From NCBI GenBank assembly GCA_964187785.1, contig OZ076409.1, positions 52,950,001 through 53,014,000 of the forward strand: 64,000 nt of DNA. The letters are read 5' to 3'. A model generated the notes under the pieces. That model was not told the DNA's origin and did no database searches. It was given only the letters and a program-made list of their open reading frames with translations. The stretch comes from Amphiscolops sp. MND2022. Its lineage: Eukaryota. Below are positions 37,626 through 50,000 of the stretch, piece after piece (position 1 is the first letter of the stretch; each line of letters opens with the position of its first letter). The position numbers and the translations under genes were made by a program.

Positions 37626-39710
37626 TGTCGCAGGCTAACGCCTGCGATTGTAATTGGTACTCTGTGTCGTACAATTACCATCGGGCGCTGCCTGGGACAA
37701 TTCCGCTGGACTGTTCCCCATTCAAACACTTCTCTGTTATTTTGTTTCTGTTGCTAAATTCTGTTGCTAACTTTATTGTGTTGTTTTACAATGAGATTAA
37801 TTGCTGCTTTTGCTCTTGTATTATTATGGAAATTGGACACCGAGGCGTACAGGCAAAGGAAACGCGTCCAAATGTTTCCTTGCCTGGCGCGGCGGACAAC
37901 AAATCCAAATCAGTATCAACCAATCAGATCTCTCCATTTTAGAATACATTTCAAATATTTGCGCGTGTCCTAATCATACAAAAGCCGAGTACGGCCTAGT
38001 GCTGTGGTATAATAATCAATCATGACAATTAGCCGGCTGCGGTTTTATTCACTGAATTATGAAGCGATGCTACCGTAATATAGTACTCTATTGGAGTGTA
38101 GTGTGAATGTAGCCATTTGCGGCTTGCATAAAAGGAGAGCCAGGACAGGCAATTGAATGTGGCCCTCTTTAGCCTGTTTGAAACAATAATTGTACACGAT
38201 TTTGTTTATACGTGAAAATATTGTTGAAATCTACATTTTGTCCATGAAATTGGTTTTTATATTACGAATATGGCCAAAATGTCCTCCCTCCCGTCACCCT
38301 TTTAACCGTGAAATCGCAAGAACATATTCGGATCAGCTGGGCTCATGTCCTACCATGTTAGTCTGCATGTAAACGGTTTGACACATGTATATAGTTGCTA
38401 CAGTTACAGTTAAGCTGGAACGTCCAGTAGGCCATGTAAATATTTTGTAGCCGCTAGGCTTCGATGATATTTATAGAACCAGATTACGTCATGGAACCAA
38501 CTATCGATTCTATTTTTAGACAATGTGACTCTTTTTTCAGCCCTAAATTTGGGATGTCATTCTTCCTGGGGTATATATAGACCGCCCAGAAGGCTCTGAC
38601 ACAATTTGCTTGACGACTTTTACTAATACAGTCTGAAATACACAATCGTTAAAATTGGAGAAATATAAGATAAATCTCTGGCATTCTTTTAATGCCATCC
38701 ACAAGGAGACAGAAATCAAAACCAAGAAGGTCTAGAGAGATGGACATGATGTCCGACTTCGAAAATGTGGATGTACTGCTTGGATGTGAAAATGCAAATC
38801 CTATTGAATAGGAATTAGCAAATACTATCAATAGTTCAATCAGGAACGATGACACTGAAGCCCTCGCCCAACAAAGAGAGAATTCTTCACAGGAGAATGA
38901 AATTAGGGATTTTAGTTGTGAAAATACCATTCCTAGCATTACGATACATATGCCGCAATGAACTAGCAAGATCTTGCTAGTTCGATTAACAGCCAATGAA
39001 AACGCTATCTTGTTTCAGATACGCGTTACGAGTTTTGCTCGTTACACTGTGTGATTTGGCGTTACGCGTAGTGATCAAAATACAGTAAATGACTACTTTA
39101 CACTCGCTACAATTACGTACTTTGACTGGTTTCCACTTCACACATGAATGGAAGTGTCGTTTGGAGTTATTTTTACTCACTGTGTGTACCAAAATGTGAC
39201 TGGTTTCCACTTTTCTCCAATTACGTACGCTCGATGATCACAATCCCCAATTTCTGATTACACTGTGCATCACAATCCATGATGAACACGGTGCACTGTT
39301 TGACTAGAATACGGTTCGCTCTCGTTTTACGGAAAATACAGTTTACACTTGATGATAAATTCCACTTTTGCGGCATATGTATCGTAATGAGGCAAGTTAG
39401 ACTGCTTGAATCTATGGAAATTTTCTCTAATGAGAGAATTATACGTCTTTCACACGAGATGGACTCCCTGATGTCAGTATTGCACTCCCAGATTAATAGG
39501 GCCATAAGCTCTGCTATTAACGACAGTCATACCTGAAATACAAAACATTAGAGGTTCGCTGTTTTCAAGCCATCGAGACACTTGAGTCCAGGTTGTCCTG
39601 CAATAGTCAGGAGAATAATAACCAAACAAGTTGTTTGATAACGAAAATAACGAAAAAGGACTCTAGGTTTGGCTTTGATCTTAGTGACACTGGGGACCTA
39701 AGCCCTTACA
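37626..39710 (+). mobile_element. Solo LTR (copy 2; ~1630 bp without the nested MITE) with embedded decayed ORF from 38692
   Basis: TGTCGCAGGCT...CCCTTACA; perfect 5-bp TSD GATAA; TATA-like tatatata at 38572; MPSTRRQK..REMDMMSDFENVDV..GDLSPY. Confidence 0.9.
38937..39389. mobile_element. CACTA/CMC-like MITE inserted in the LTR ORF
   Basis: TIR cattacgatacatatgccgcaa; 2-bp TSD ag; removing it restores ..IPRQ.. homology to copy 1. Confidence 0.85.
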
Positions 39711-40603
39711 GATAACTTCGTCAATTTTTAGGTAAAACGTTTTGTTATTGAAATTCAGAACTGAAAAAAACAGTTTCTCAAGGATTTAAAAATTTTTTAA
39801 GATTTATGAGATGATGCACTTTTTGAGATTGATGCGTCCGAATTGACCGCACCTGAAAAAACTGTCTGCTACAATCATCTACGAACTTAGATTTAAGGCT
39901 CCTAATGTCAATTTTTTGCTACGATTTTTTGCTTTTTCTCTTTTTGCCAAAAATTTTATTCATGAATTGTTTTCTAGAATGGGCTCACGCTATTATTAAA
40001 AGAAACTGCCAAATAATCAGAACATTGACTCTTCCAGTTTCGTATCTGCATTTCAACCTAATAACCCGGATTGGAGGAAGAATTTTCGGGAGCCACCCAA
40101 CAATCTGGTGCTTAAACTTTAAACCCCAATATCTCCAAAACTATTCAAGTCCGACAAACGATTTATACAGCGTTCAAAAGAGGAGCATCAGGGCTTTCAA
40201 ATCAATTTTTAAACTGCATGGCTGAGGCTGCACGCATCGTGTCTTTGACTGCATTTCAGCATATTTCAAAACATTCTATGGTCACTTTGACCCAATCTTG
40301 TCCCCAGTGGTATAAAGTGGCCACAGAAGAAAACAGGAAAAACGGAAATTTTGCGCAGAGTTTTTTTTATTTTTGGGTCTCGTTTTTTGATTTTGGAGAC
40401 ATCAAGTCAACAATCCGTGAAAATGCTGTGTGATCAAACCTGAAAATCTTATTCAAGAGTTTTCTTCACCATACTGTCAGCTGGTGCTTTTAGAAGTTTG
40501 CAGATCATGAGTGGTGCAAAAACATACCACAATGCGCTTCTGGGTTAAATGCTGCGATAAGCTCATAACGTTTTGGCTGTAACAGCTATTTTTCAACTCA
40601 GCG

Positions 40604-41174
40604 TTTTTAGTCGGCGCATTTTAGTAGAAAATGAGACCAACTTTCACAGTGGGTAGTTTTTTTGGACGCGTAAGTTCCACTTTTTTGTTCATTTCTTCAA
40701 CAACAAGAACTTGAACGAGGGATGTTCAAAATATACTCGGAACGTCTGAAACTCATTCAAAACAACGAAACCGACGTCCAGAACTTCGAAAACACTAAGG
40801 ACTCACCTTTGGCTATCTTGGTGTTTTTCATTTGGATTTTTTCGGCACTATGAGACTTTTTTCTACAATTTTTGGATTGCACCAAAGGGTGCCCCCTTCA
40901 TTTGTTTCGATATTCTGCAACAAAATGGATGCTTGAAAATCCCAAAAGGTTCCTCTTTTTACATTTTTTGGCACTGTGACACTGTTTAAAATTCTCAATT
41001 CTTGTTTTTTTCCAAACTTTTTTAAATGTCTCCAAAGGGTCCCTACATTTTTTCTAAATTTTGCCACAAACTGGAGTTTCAAAAAGCCCAAATGGTCCCC
41101 TCTTCAAAGTTTTAAAAACGTTGCGGTTTTTTAGCCTTAGATATAGCGCCGACTTCGGCCATTCTCGGCTTGTT
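40604..41174 (+). mobile_element. HINE
   Basis: ttttagtcggcgc ... tagatatagcgccgacttcggccattctcggcttgtt. Confidence 0.8.
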
Positions 41175-42254
41175 ACTTTGAACAAACTGGCAATGGTATG
41201 TATAAGTCGGCGCCCCGTTTAAGTTGCAAAAACCGCAAGTGTTTGAAAATGCTCAGGACTTGTTTCGAGGAGAGGGTCTAAATAAAGTCCTGAAAATCCT
41301 AAAGCCATTACTTTAGACTCGAAACATTTTTTCTAACTAAAAACTATCAAAAACCCGAAGACGGTACAGTTTGTATGATGAAACAATGCTCAAAATGCCG
41401 AACAAAAACAAAAAGAGGACTTAGATATTGAAGAAACTCTGAGGTTTACTGTTCTCATTTTCAAATCAAGTCATTCCTGAAATGAATCGTGACTCTTTCC
41501 TCGCCATTCTTAAATTTCTAGATAGAGGTCAGTTTGAATTTGTTGAAACAAAACTTCAAGTTCGTTCATTGATATTGCACAGGCTCAGCCATTGACTATT
41601 CCACTTTTTCTCCGTCGCGATCACTTTGTTTTCACGCGTACGTTTCTCAAGTAAGTACCTTATGCGCCTTATGTAATCACCATTAGTCGGACAGCACGCT
41701 GAATATGACACTACTTTGAAACTTATAATGTGACTCAAGTCTATTCGCACTGAAATCGCGGTACAATTGATAAAGGTCTCAACTGCTTTTAAAATTAGAA
41801 CTGCGTCTTAATGAATCCGGCAAAACTTCGCGACTCGGAATTGCCGCCAAATTTAGAAAGCATCTTATAGGCAACTTGATAAATTTATATTGAATCAGTG
41901 AACTTTCAATACATGGAAGTTTCCTTTAGAACTTTATAAAATCATGAAAAATTGGCTTGGTAACCTACAAACACTTGTAAAAAGTTCAAGCAGTTCCAAC
42001 CATGGAGATGCTTCTAAGAAAAAAAGAACACTTTCAATAAATCTTAACTGTTGGGGAGAGGAAAGGCAACGGAATAATCTCAAATTAAAAAAACCTCTAC
42101 AGATTTGAAGGCTGGCTCAAGCATTAATGGTCTTAAATTGAGCATGAAGATTTTCAACGTTTCTTCTTGGCGGCAAAATATTTCGGGAGCGCAGTTTCAT
42201 TTTTTTACGTTATGTCAGAAAATACAACTCAATTTGGAAAAATAAGAAATATCA

Positions 42255-42374
42255 ACAACACGCCCGCTGAGCACCGGGATATTTTCCGCTAAAAATGTAA
42301 CGTATCAGCACGAGTTCGGACCCAAAACCTCTTGTCTGCCACGGAGATGCACTACCAACTGCGCCATGGTGACT
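42255..42374 (-). mobile_element. tRNA-derived SINE-like head
   Basis: Minus strand agtcaccaTGGCGCAGTTGGtag (A box) ... gggtccgaactc (degenerate B box); imperfect cloverleaf. Confidence 0.6.
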
Positions 42375-42514
42375 AGAATTTACTAAATGGAGTAATAAAG
42401 TGGAGTTTGGCAGAATTTGGAAAAAACGCAACACAGGTTATGATTTTCCTCCCCCATTATTTGTGGGCAGAAAATAATAATGACCAGATGCAAACTTCGG
42501 TCTTTTTCTAGACA

Positions 42515-43225
42515 TGTAACGTCCACCAGTCAAGGTCAAAAATTTCAAAAATTCGAAGAATACCCAAAAAGTGTGCGAATCAAAATGGCCAACCTAGCAG
42601 GTCGTTGAAATCGAAAAGGAAGCACACACAACGCAAAAAGACCCCCCCAGACCACAGAGAAGACCGAAAAGCAGCGAAAGAAGATATTCAGAAGCAGAAA
42701 CTAGCCAATACCTCAGTGTTGTGCCATCAAAACCGGAAAATCGCAAGAATGAGCCGGAAAAGAGATGAAGAAGAAGGTGCGATTTTTGCGTGAGTTGAAC
42801 CCAAAGCTCAAAACTCGCTGAGAACTGTTCAGAATGCCTCCCCAGTGCTGTTTTGTAGTATTTTGGCAGATTTTCAGGTGTTTGTTAATGGTAAACCTGG
42901 AAGGTGTTGATTTTAGACGTTATTCACTTAATTGAGATGTGCTCTGACTAAACCCCTGTTTTCAGACCTCGGAGGTATGTAGGATCGCAGGAAGCCTTTA
43001 GGACCGTTTTTACGTGCTTGTGGGACGTGTCCGGACTTTGAGTGTGCCGGCACGTCGCCACGGAGCTCTAATATGAGGAGTCTCCTCGGCGTCTTGGAAA
43101 AGTCCCTACAGAGACCATTTGGGACCAAAAACTAATGTTTAGGTTGTTGTAAGACACTGGTCTCTTGTTAAGGCAACCTGGGCATTGTCCCGGTTCTGGA
43201 ATGTAGCTGTTAGCTTGACGTTACA
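42515..43225 (+). repeat. 5' LTR (711 bp)
   Basis: tgtaacgtc...gacgttaca; two T/C differences from the 3' LTR seen. Confidence 0.97.
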
Positions 43226-43241
43226 TCTAGGATAGTTTTTA

Positions 43242-43259
43242 TGGCGCCCCACAAGGGAC
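43242..43259 (+). promoter_or_regulatory. Primer-binding site, tRNA-Lys(UUU)-like
   Basis: TGGCGCCCCACAAGGGAC matches the tRNA-Lys3 PBS TGGCGCCCGAACAGGGAC at 15/18; lies 16 nt past the LTR end. Confidence 0.7.
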
Positions 43260-46200
43260 ATTTTTTCCATCTTTTCGCCATAATTGGAGTTTTTCCTGCT
43301 TTCCGGCCCTGCTAGGTTCGGATCTAGGAAATTCTTCTGGTGGGTCCTAGATTGTTTTTATTGCCTTATGCTAGCCCTGTGGGCCTTGTACTAGTGTTTT
43401 TCCTGTGTTTCCTGCATGTTTCCGGGGTCTGGAATGAGAAATAACCGTGTGATTACAGAGTACCGTTTCCATACCGTTTCTGATTGTCGAAATTAACCAT
43501 CCGGCTTCACCGGATTGTGTTTTAAAGGGTCTTCTAGCCTTGTTTCAGCTTAATTGCAATGTATGGGGACCAGGAGGACGAGCACTGAAGGCCCCAGCTA
43601 GCTGACGACAGTAGGTGAACCCCTGCGTCATCGCACCTCCGTCACCCCCGTGATTGCAGTATACCCACGACAATCGGGTGAAATTCCTTATTTTCTTAGT
43701 TTAGAAGCCCAAGAAGCATATTCCCAGGCCTATTCCAACTAAAATTAACTGGAAAGAATACCCTGAGGGTGTTTAAACCAGTTGATTGAAAATTTGAGCG
43801 CGAAAACCTGAAAAATAATGTAAAATAAGGCTCAAATAGTGATTTTACAGATTTTGAAAGTCGAAATTTTGTAGAAAAGAGTACGGCCAGTGGGAATACA
43901 TGAAAAACGTTCCATCAGACCTGCCAGGTCAGGAACAGAAAAATTTGCTGGGCTAAATAGTTGAAACATCGAGAAATTTAGCGATTTTTGTCGAAAAAAC
44001 ATCAAATTTGGCCAAAAATACCAAATTTGGTGAGGGCGAAGCATTGGGCGTTAGTTCCCAAGCTTTTAGATCAGCCCAAAAACGTTATTCCCGAGCTTGG
44101 TAGTACAAAACACTACTGCCAAGACGATTTTTAGCATCCCCCAATAAAAATTGAAACTTTAACCCTTGAATTTCTTTGATATGCATAGACCTGAGTGGAG
44201 GACTCCATAGACCTGAGAGTTATAACATCAAAAGTAATAATTGAAACAACCCCATTCCCCTAAATAAAGTTGTTACACCTTCTAACACTACTATTAGAAC
44301 CATTCGGAACGTCTGAGAACAAAGAAATAAAAATTTCTTGTTGAAAATACGTATTTTCAGTACTGTTCCGAGAGTGTCAAAGGTGCAACTTAAAGTTTAT
44401 TTTGAGAGACCTTATTTGGAACCTGCCAGGTTTTGCTGGCCTATTTTCTGTTAGTACAGAGTATAACGTTGCAAACGCAGAAAATCGCGAGTGATTCCAA
44501 CCAGTAGTTGCCGAGAAATAGCCAAAAACGTGTTATTTTTGTGACATTTTCGGAACACTGGAGTAGTGTACCCAAGATAGGTCGAAATCTCTCCTGGTAG
44601 GAGTAGCCCAGAACGGATAGCACCATCGTGTAGAACATAAAAAGTTACGTTAGTGGTGTAATTTTCGTAGCGCTACCATTACTAGTGATCGAGAAATCTC
44701 AGCCGCAGTTTTGCTCAAAAATGATCCGAAAATGTCGAAAAAATTGAATTTTAGTTGAGCATAGTGCAATACCTTGCAGGTATCCCAGCACTAAAATTCT
44801 TGCATTTTCGTACATACGACACTAGATCCCGACGATTTGTGCATTTTGAGCAGCTTGCTACTGGCCAACTTAGAGAAATTGACAATTTTGTGGATTTTAA
44901 CCCCTGAAAGTGACATACAGTGTACATCATAGTTTTGTCGACTCGGATTGCGGAATATTGATCTGGGCACCCCGCTAACTTATTTTTCTGTTACGTGGGC
45001 ATAATTCACGCTCGCATACAAAATTTCAGGTAGCTAGGAAGCCTAGAAGGCGAGTTTGACAGACTTGTGTGAATTTCACAACATTGTAAAATTTTGCAAT
45101 AACATTGTTGAACGACCCCAAGTCACGTGCAATTAATTTTAGCGCAATCGATGGTGATTTTCCCACGATTTGGCCACAGTAGTATACCGTGTTGAATTTT
45201 GAGGTCGCTACTAGCTCTAGAAGTGATTTCCACCTGTTCCAGGCGTGCATATTGGCGAAAAAGTTGCTGATTTTGAGAAATTTTGCGAAAAATTACGTAT
45301 TTTTCGTAGGTATAGTCGCAAGTGAGTGCTCCAACGACCCTAGTTCTACACCAGGCACCCATAGCACGTCTTGTTGAGGCAATCAGTATAGAGCTAGCTC
45401 AACCCTAAGATCTTGGGTTCGTGGAAAGATTGTCAACGAGACGTAGAAGCGAAAAACACCAAAATCGTGTTTTCTCTGTTAACAGCCACCAGAGTCACCT
45501 AAGTGCGAACTGACAGTTGTAGCCACGCATACTTCGAATGCGAAGCATAGTGTAAGAATCAGAACGCATTTAGGAGTTTCCCACGAGACTTAGACTTAGG
45601 ACGCGCTGCGTCTCGCCAAAGTACATTAAGTACAGCAGCATCTGAAAGTGTGAAGAACCGTGTCTCCATTGATCTTGTAATCATCAGATTAGTAAAACTC
45701 TCTTGTTTGTTAGTCTCCTAGCACCTACTCACCCCCAAGGTCTATCCCCGAGTTCCCTATTCGTAGTAACCCTACTTGTGCTCTCCTCATAAAGGGCAGT
45801 GCGAGTAACATAGAGTGCGCTCACAGAATAAAGTGCGGAGATTTCTTGAATAAATCTCCATAAAGCTCTGTTAGCGTGCCAAAACCTTTCTGTTCACTCC
45901 AACCGCATAGCCTGTGGCTGGGTAAAGCGTAGTTTAGTGTGAGTAACCTCTAAAGTACTTCAAAAAAAAATTTTAAAAAAACTCATCTTTAACTTTTCGT
46001 AGGATAACTATCTCCAGTTAGTGGGGTAGCAAACATTTCTGTTCTGATTAGTGGTGATTAGCACCAGTACATGTAATCTGGAGACTGTAGTTTGTAAGCC
46101 AGCTTCATTCGACTTAGAACATAGCAGGCAATTGCGAGCTGCAAGCCCCAGAACGTAGTGGTCCCATAGTTTAATTTGCTTAATAGTGAAGGAGCACGTC

Positions 46201-46261
46201 AAAACTCCCAAATTTTGTTTGCCTTGTATTTGACTTTACACAAAGAAGCAAGAAGTGAGTA

Positions 46262-47011
46262 ATGAGAAAAGCCAAAGCCCTGTTCAAAAGCTGGGTTACC
46301 AGAGGAAACAGTAGTCCGAGCAGTCCATCGAGCATGAACTCAGGCGAGATTGAGTATCTGAAGTCTTTGAATGAGTCGAACAGGCAGTCTAGTAGCTTCC
46401 ATGTTACGAATCCATTTGCAAGCGAGGTAGAGGAGTTGTCTGGGCTTAGTGCACGTGCTGAGATAGCAGCGGATGACATGATTGCAAACATGTTTTTATA
46501 CGACGTCATGTCAAATAACATGTCGAATGCCGAGCAAAACTCGCAAATGGCATACATCAGCCAACTAAACTCCTCTCGAACATCTTCGGATAGCGCTAAT
46601 TTTGTAAATGGCACTGCCATGAACTGTGGTAGCGTCTGGCCTCCCATGAATAACTCTGCGATTGCTTGGGGAGATTGGCCAAACTCGAATGGAGAACAAG
46701 CTACCAGCTCGAACATCAGCAAAAGTGTAGAGGACAAGAATGCAGGCATGGCCTTAGGAGAGATTACACCACAAGTGAGTTTGGGTGTGGACCCGCTGGG
46801 TTCCGGAGTTCCAGTGTTTGCTGCTAGTAGAAACGCTGTTGCTGACACCGCAAGTACTCCTTCAGGAAACCAGCTGGGAAAGCGGGAGACTGCAAAAGAG
46901 GTGAACCAGAACTATACCTTTACCACACCACCTCTGCTAGATCTTAGCACCTTCCGACTAGAATGCACGGCAACTCCCCAAGATTCAGGCTCAGGTAGCG
47001 TTGCATCTTGA
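46262..47011 (+). CDS. N-terminal Ser/Asn-rich part of Gag, separated from the main ORF by one in-frame TGA
   Basis: Same frame as 47063-55606, with no other stop between 47012 and 47062. Confidence 0.7.
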   Translation: MRKAKALFKSWVTRGNSSPSSPSSMNSGEIEYLKSLNESNRQSSSFHVTNPFASEVEELSGLSARAEIAADDMIANMFLYDVMSNNMSNAEQNSQMAYISQLNSSRTSSDSANFVNGTAMNCGSVWPPMNNSAIAWGDWPNSNGEQATSSNISKSVEDKNAGMALGEITPQVSLGVDPLGSGVPVFAASRNAVADTASTPSGNQLGKRETAKEVNQNYTFTTPPLLDLSTFRLECTATPQDSGSGSVAS

Positions 47012-47062
47012 AGTTCTACCATCACTAGAGGCATCAAGGAAACTGAAGCCATAAACGAAGAC

Positions 47063-50000
47063 TTGGGACGGAGCATGGCACAGTTGAAACAAGTCCAGGC
47101 AGAACTATCCCAAGAGAATAGTGACCATGCTCATCGAGCTGAAGTTTTAATGAAAGAAGTGGAGGAACTGAGAAGAGGAGTGCTTGAAATGAAGATGGAA
47201 GGGCACATCAATCAGGGCAAAATGGAAACCTCAATGGCATCAGTCAAGGGTTTAACTGAAAAGCTCATATCGGAAATGACTGCGATAATGGCGCAAAGAG
47301 ATCACCAAGCCGATGAACGACTGACGCTCATTTCCGAAACTATGCATCGCAGAGACATAGATGTCGACAAGCGCATGGTGGACCTCATGACTACAGTTCA
47401 AGAGTTGACCCTAGGGGTAAAAGCTGTAGTGGCGACGGTACCAAGTCGTCCTTCACCTGTGCCGGTGGCACTAAATCCTGCGAACGTGCCATCCACTAAT
47501 GAATCTTCAATTCAGCAACCCACCAATAGAGAAGTAGTTCAGCGCCAGAGCAGAACGAAACCCGATCAAAGAAACTTGAATCCAGAAACAGTAGAAGAGG
47601 CTGCAAAAGGCAATACACCGAACACCATACATGGACAAGCGTTAGCCGAAGCAATAACAGGCGCGATGTCCAAAAGTTTGGAACCATTGCTAGCAGCAAA
47701 AGAAGCCAAAAATATACCAACAAAATACCGCGGTACGCGCGACGGGATAATAGATGGTTGGCTAATGCTCATGAAACGTTATTTGGAGAAAGCACACGCA
47801 AGGGATACTCCACTGGACAGAGCATGGACCATCGTTGAATTCCTAGAGAATGAGGCACAAGACTACATCATGAACAAATCCGAGGCTGAGCGCGACACGG
47901 ATGAAAAAGTCTTTGCGCTACTAGCGCGTCGATTTGGAACCGGATCTAGCAAGTTCCAAAAACAACAGCAGTTCCGTACACGCAATCAGTCCGACAACGA
48001 AGACTATATGCAATATCTTGACGCTCTTGAAGGTTTGCGCAGCCAAGGTTTTCCTAACGAGGACGTTACTGTAAGGCGTTACGAAATCATGCAGAGGTTC
48101 ATTGAAGGGGTACGCAGCTTTGAGTTGAAGCGAAATCTCGCACTCATGTACGCACAAGAACAGTACGTGGATACACCTCCAACAGTGGAAGCACTACGGT
48201 TCACGGTACAACAATACTTGCATATGCGCGGCCCCATCCGCTCTGAGAACTATCCAGCGCCTCAGCAACACCAAGAGCCGTTACTTGCTAGCCACCAAAA
48301 CCCGATACCGGCAGCGGCTCCTCAAGCGCCTAATGGGCAGCTACCTCCACAGCCAGTGGCTGTTCGACAGCAACCACCGAAGCCATCTGGAGCGTGTGTC
48401 AATTGTGGCGACCCGTCACATTTTGTTGCCGATTGCACTTTGAAAGATCGTGCACGCAAACCAGTGCCTCAACTAGTTACTTCATGTCGAACAAACCCAA
48501 CTGGTGAATGGTCTTGTCCTTCTAACTCTCAGGGCATGAATAACGACGTTGTGCCTGTGGCACTACCAGCACAAGCACCTCCCACACTACGCGTCACTTT
48601 TGATTGCACGGGCAACACTGCATCCGAATGCATGGTGCCTGGGAATGCAGCAACAGAAGAACAAGTGAAAGCGGCGTGGTACGCCCCTGTCGCGAATTCC
48701 GCGGACATTATTGATACTGATGATCAAATACGGGTGATCTCAATTTCAGAAGAAGGAGGCCCCTCACGTCCTGTGGTTGTGACTTGCGGTGAAAAACAAA
48801 TCTTGACGACGCTTGAAGCCCCAGCACCTGATTGTACTGAGACTTTAATTTCTATCCACTTGCTATTATCAGCAGAGCAAAAAGCACGTCCAAACCTCAC
48901 GTTGGTACAACTAAAAGAGGAACTTTGCCGCAATACCAGTCTCACGATGGCTTCGAGACCCTTACCGCATTTTACTAGAGATGACGAGACCAAGCTAGCC
49001 CAAATACACAAGGTCAAAACAATCGCGCCAGTCCCCATTGCAATCACGGTTGATGGTGTCGACATGAAATTCGACGCGATTGTTGTCCTGGAAGGACACT
49101 TTCCGCAGGGACTGTACTTGGGCAGGCAAGAACTGCGCTATTATAACATCGGAGTGCAGGATGCACAAGGAGAGGCCCAGATTGATGAGCAAGCCTCGCT
49201 AGTCGTTGCATTCGGAACTACTTTGCAAAAGCCGATACCACTCTTCGGCATGATAGACACCGGTTCGGGAGTCTCCATCCTCTCATTGAGCGCGTACAAG
49301 AAAATTGCACCCCAGCATGAACTGAACCTGTCACCGTACGATCTTGAACTCTTCGCTGCCAATGGCAAGACCATCACCACCGTTGGAATAGCCGAAGACG
49401 TAAGCTTTCAGCTTGGCGGACATACTCTGAAGACCAACTTTGTAGTCATAGCCGATCACATTGGTTCAGAGGATTTTCTCCTGGGTCGGAACTTCTTGCG
49501 CACATACAACGTGTTGGTGGACCTGGCTGCCATGAAAATAACCATCCGTGACCCGGAAACGCCTAGGATCTTCAAAGCAGTTCACGAGGTCAGTGACCAA
49601 GAGCCATCATTCGTTGTTTCTGCCGAGGAGGTTACTTTAGGGCCTTTCGAACAAAAAGTTGTGCGCGCGAAGATCATAACGCAGCAGCCCAACGAGTTTC
49701 ATTTTCGTAACGTAATGGTGCACCCATGTAGCATTAGGTCCAACTCATTGTTTGATTCAGAAGATACACTTACTTCCGTGGGAGAAGACGGTGTAGTTTT
49801 TTTAGCCCTAAGAAACCAAACTGCTAAAGAAGGGGTAAGAATCAAGGAACAAACCGTAGTTGGGAAAGCGGTGCTCACCAATTTTGTGTTCAACTCCGTT
49901 CCCATTCAAGACAGTCGTGAAGCTTCGAAGCTTTCAGCCGAATTTGTGAATCAAGTGCACAGAGACTTAGATTTGGACACGAGTTCAGAGTTTAGTTCCT

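Noticed and set aside
42295..42374. Functional tRNA gene
   Set aside because: B box and acceptor stem are degenerate and the sequence continues into a SINE-like body.
42605..43128. Short ORFs inside the 711-bp LTRs
   Set aside because: About 60 aa, no motifs; the recurrence at 56939-57462 only reflects LTR identity.
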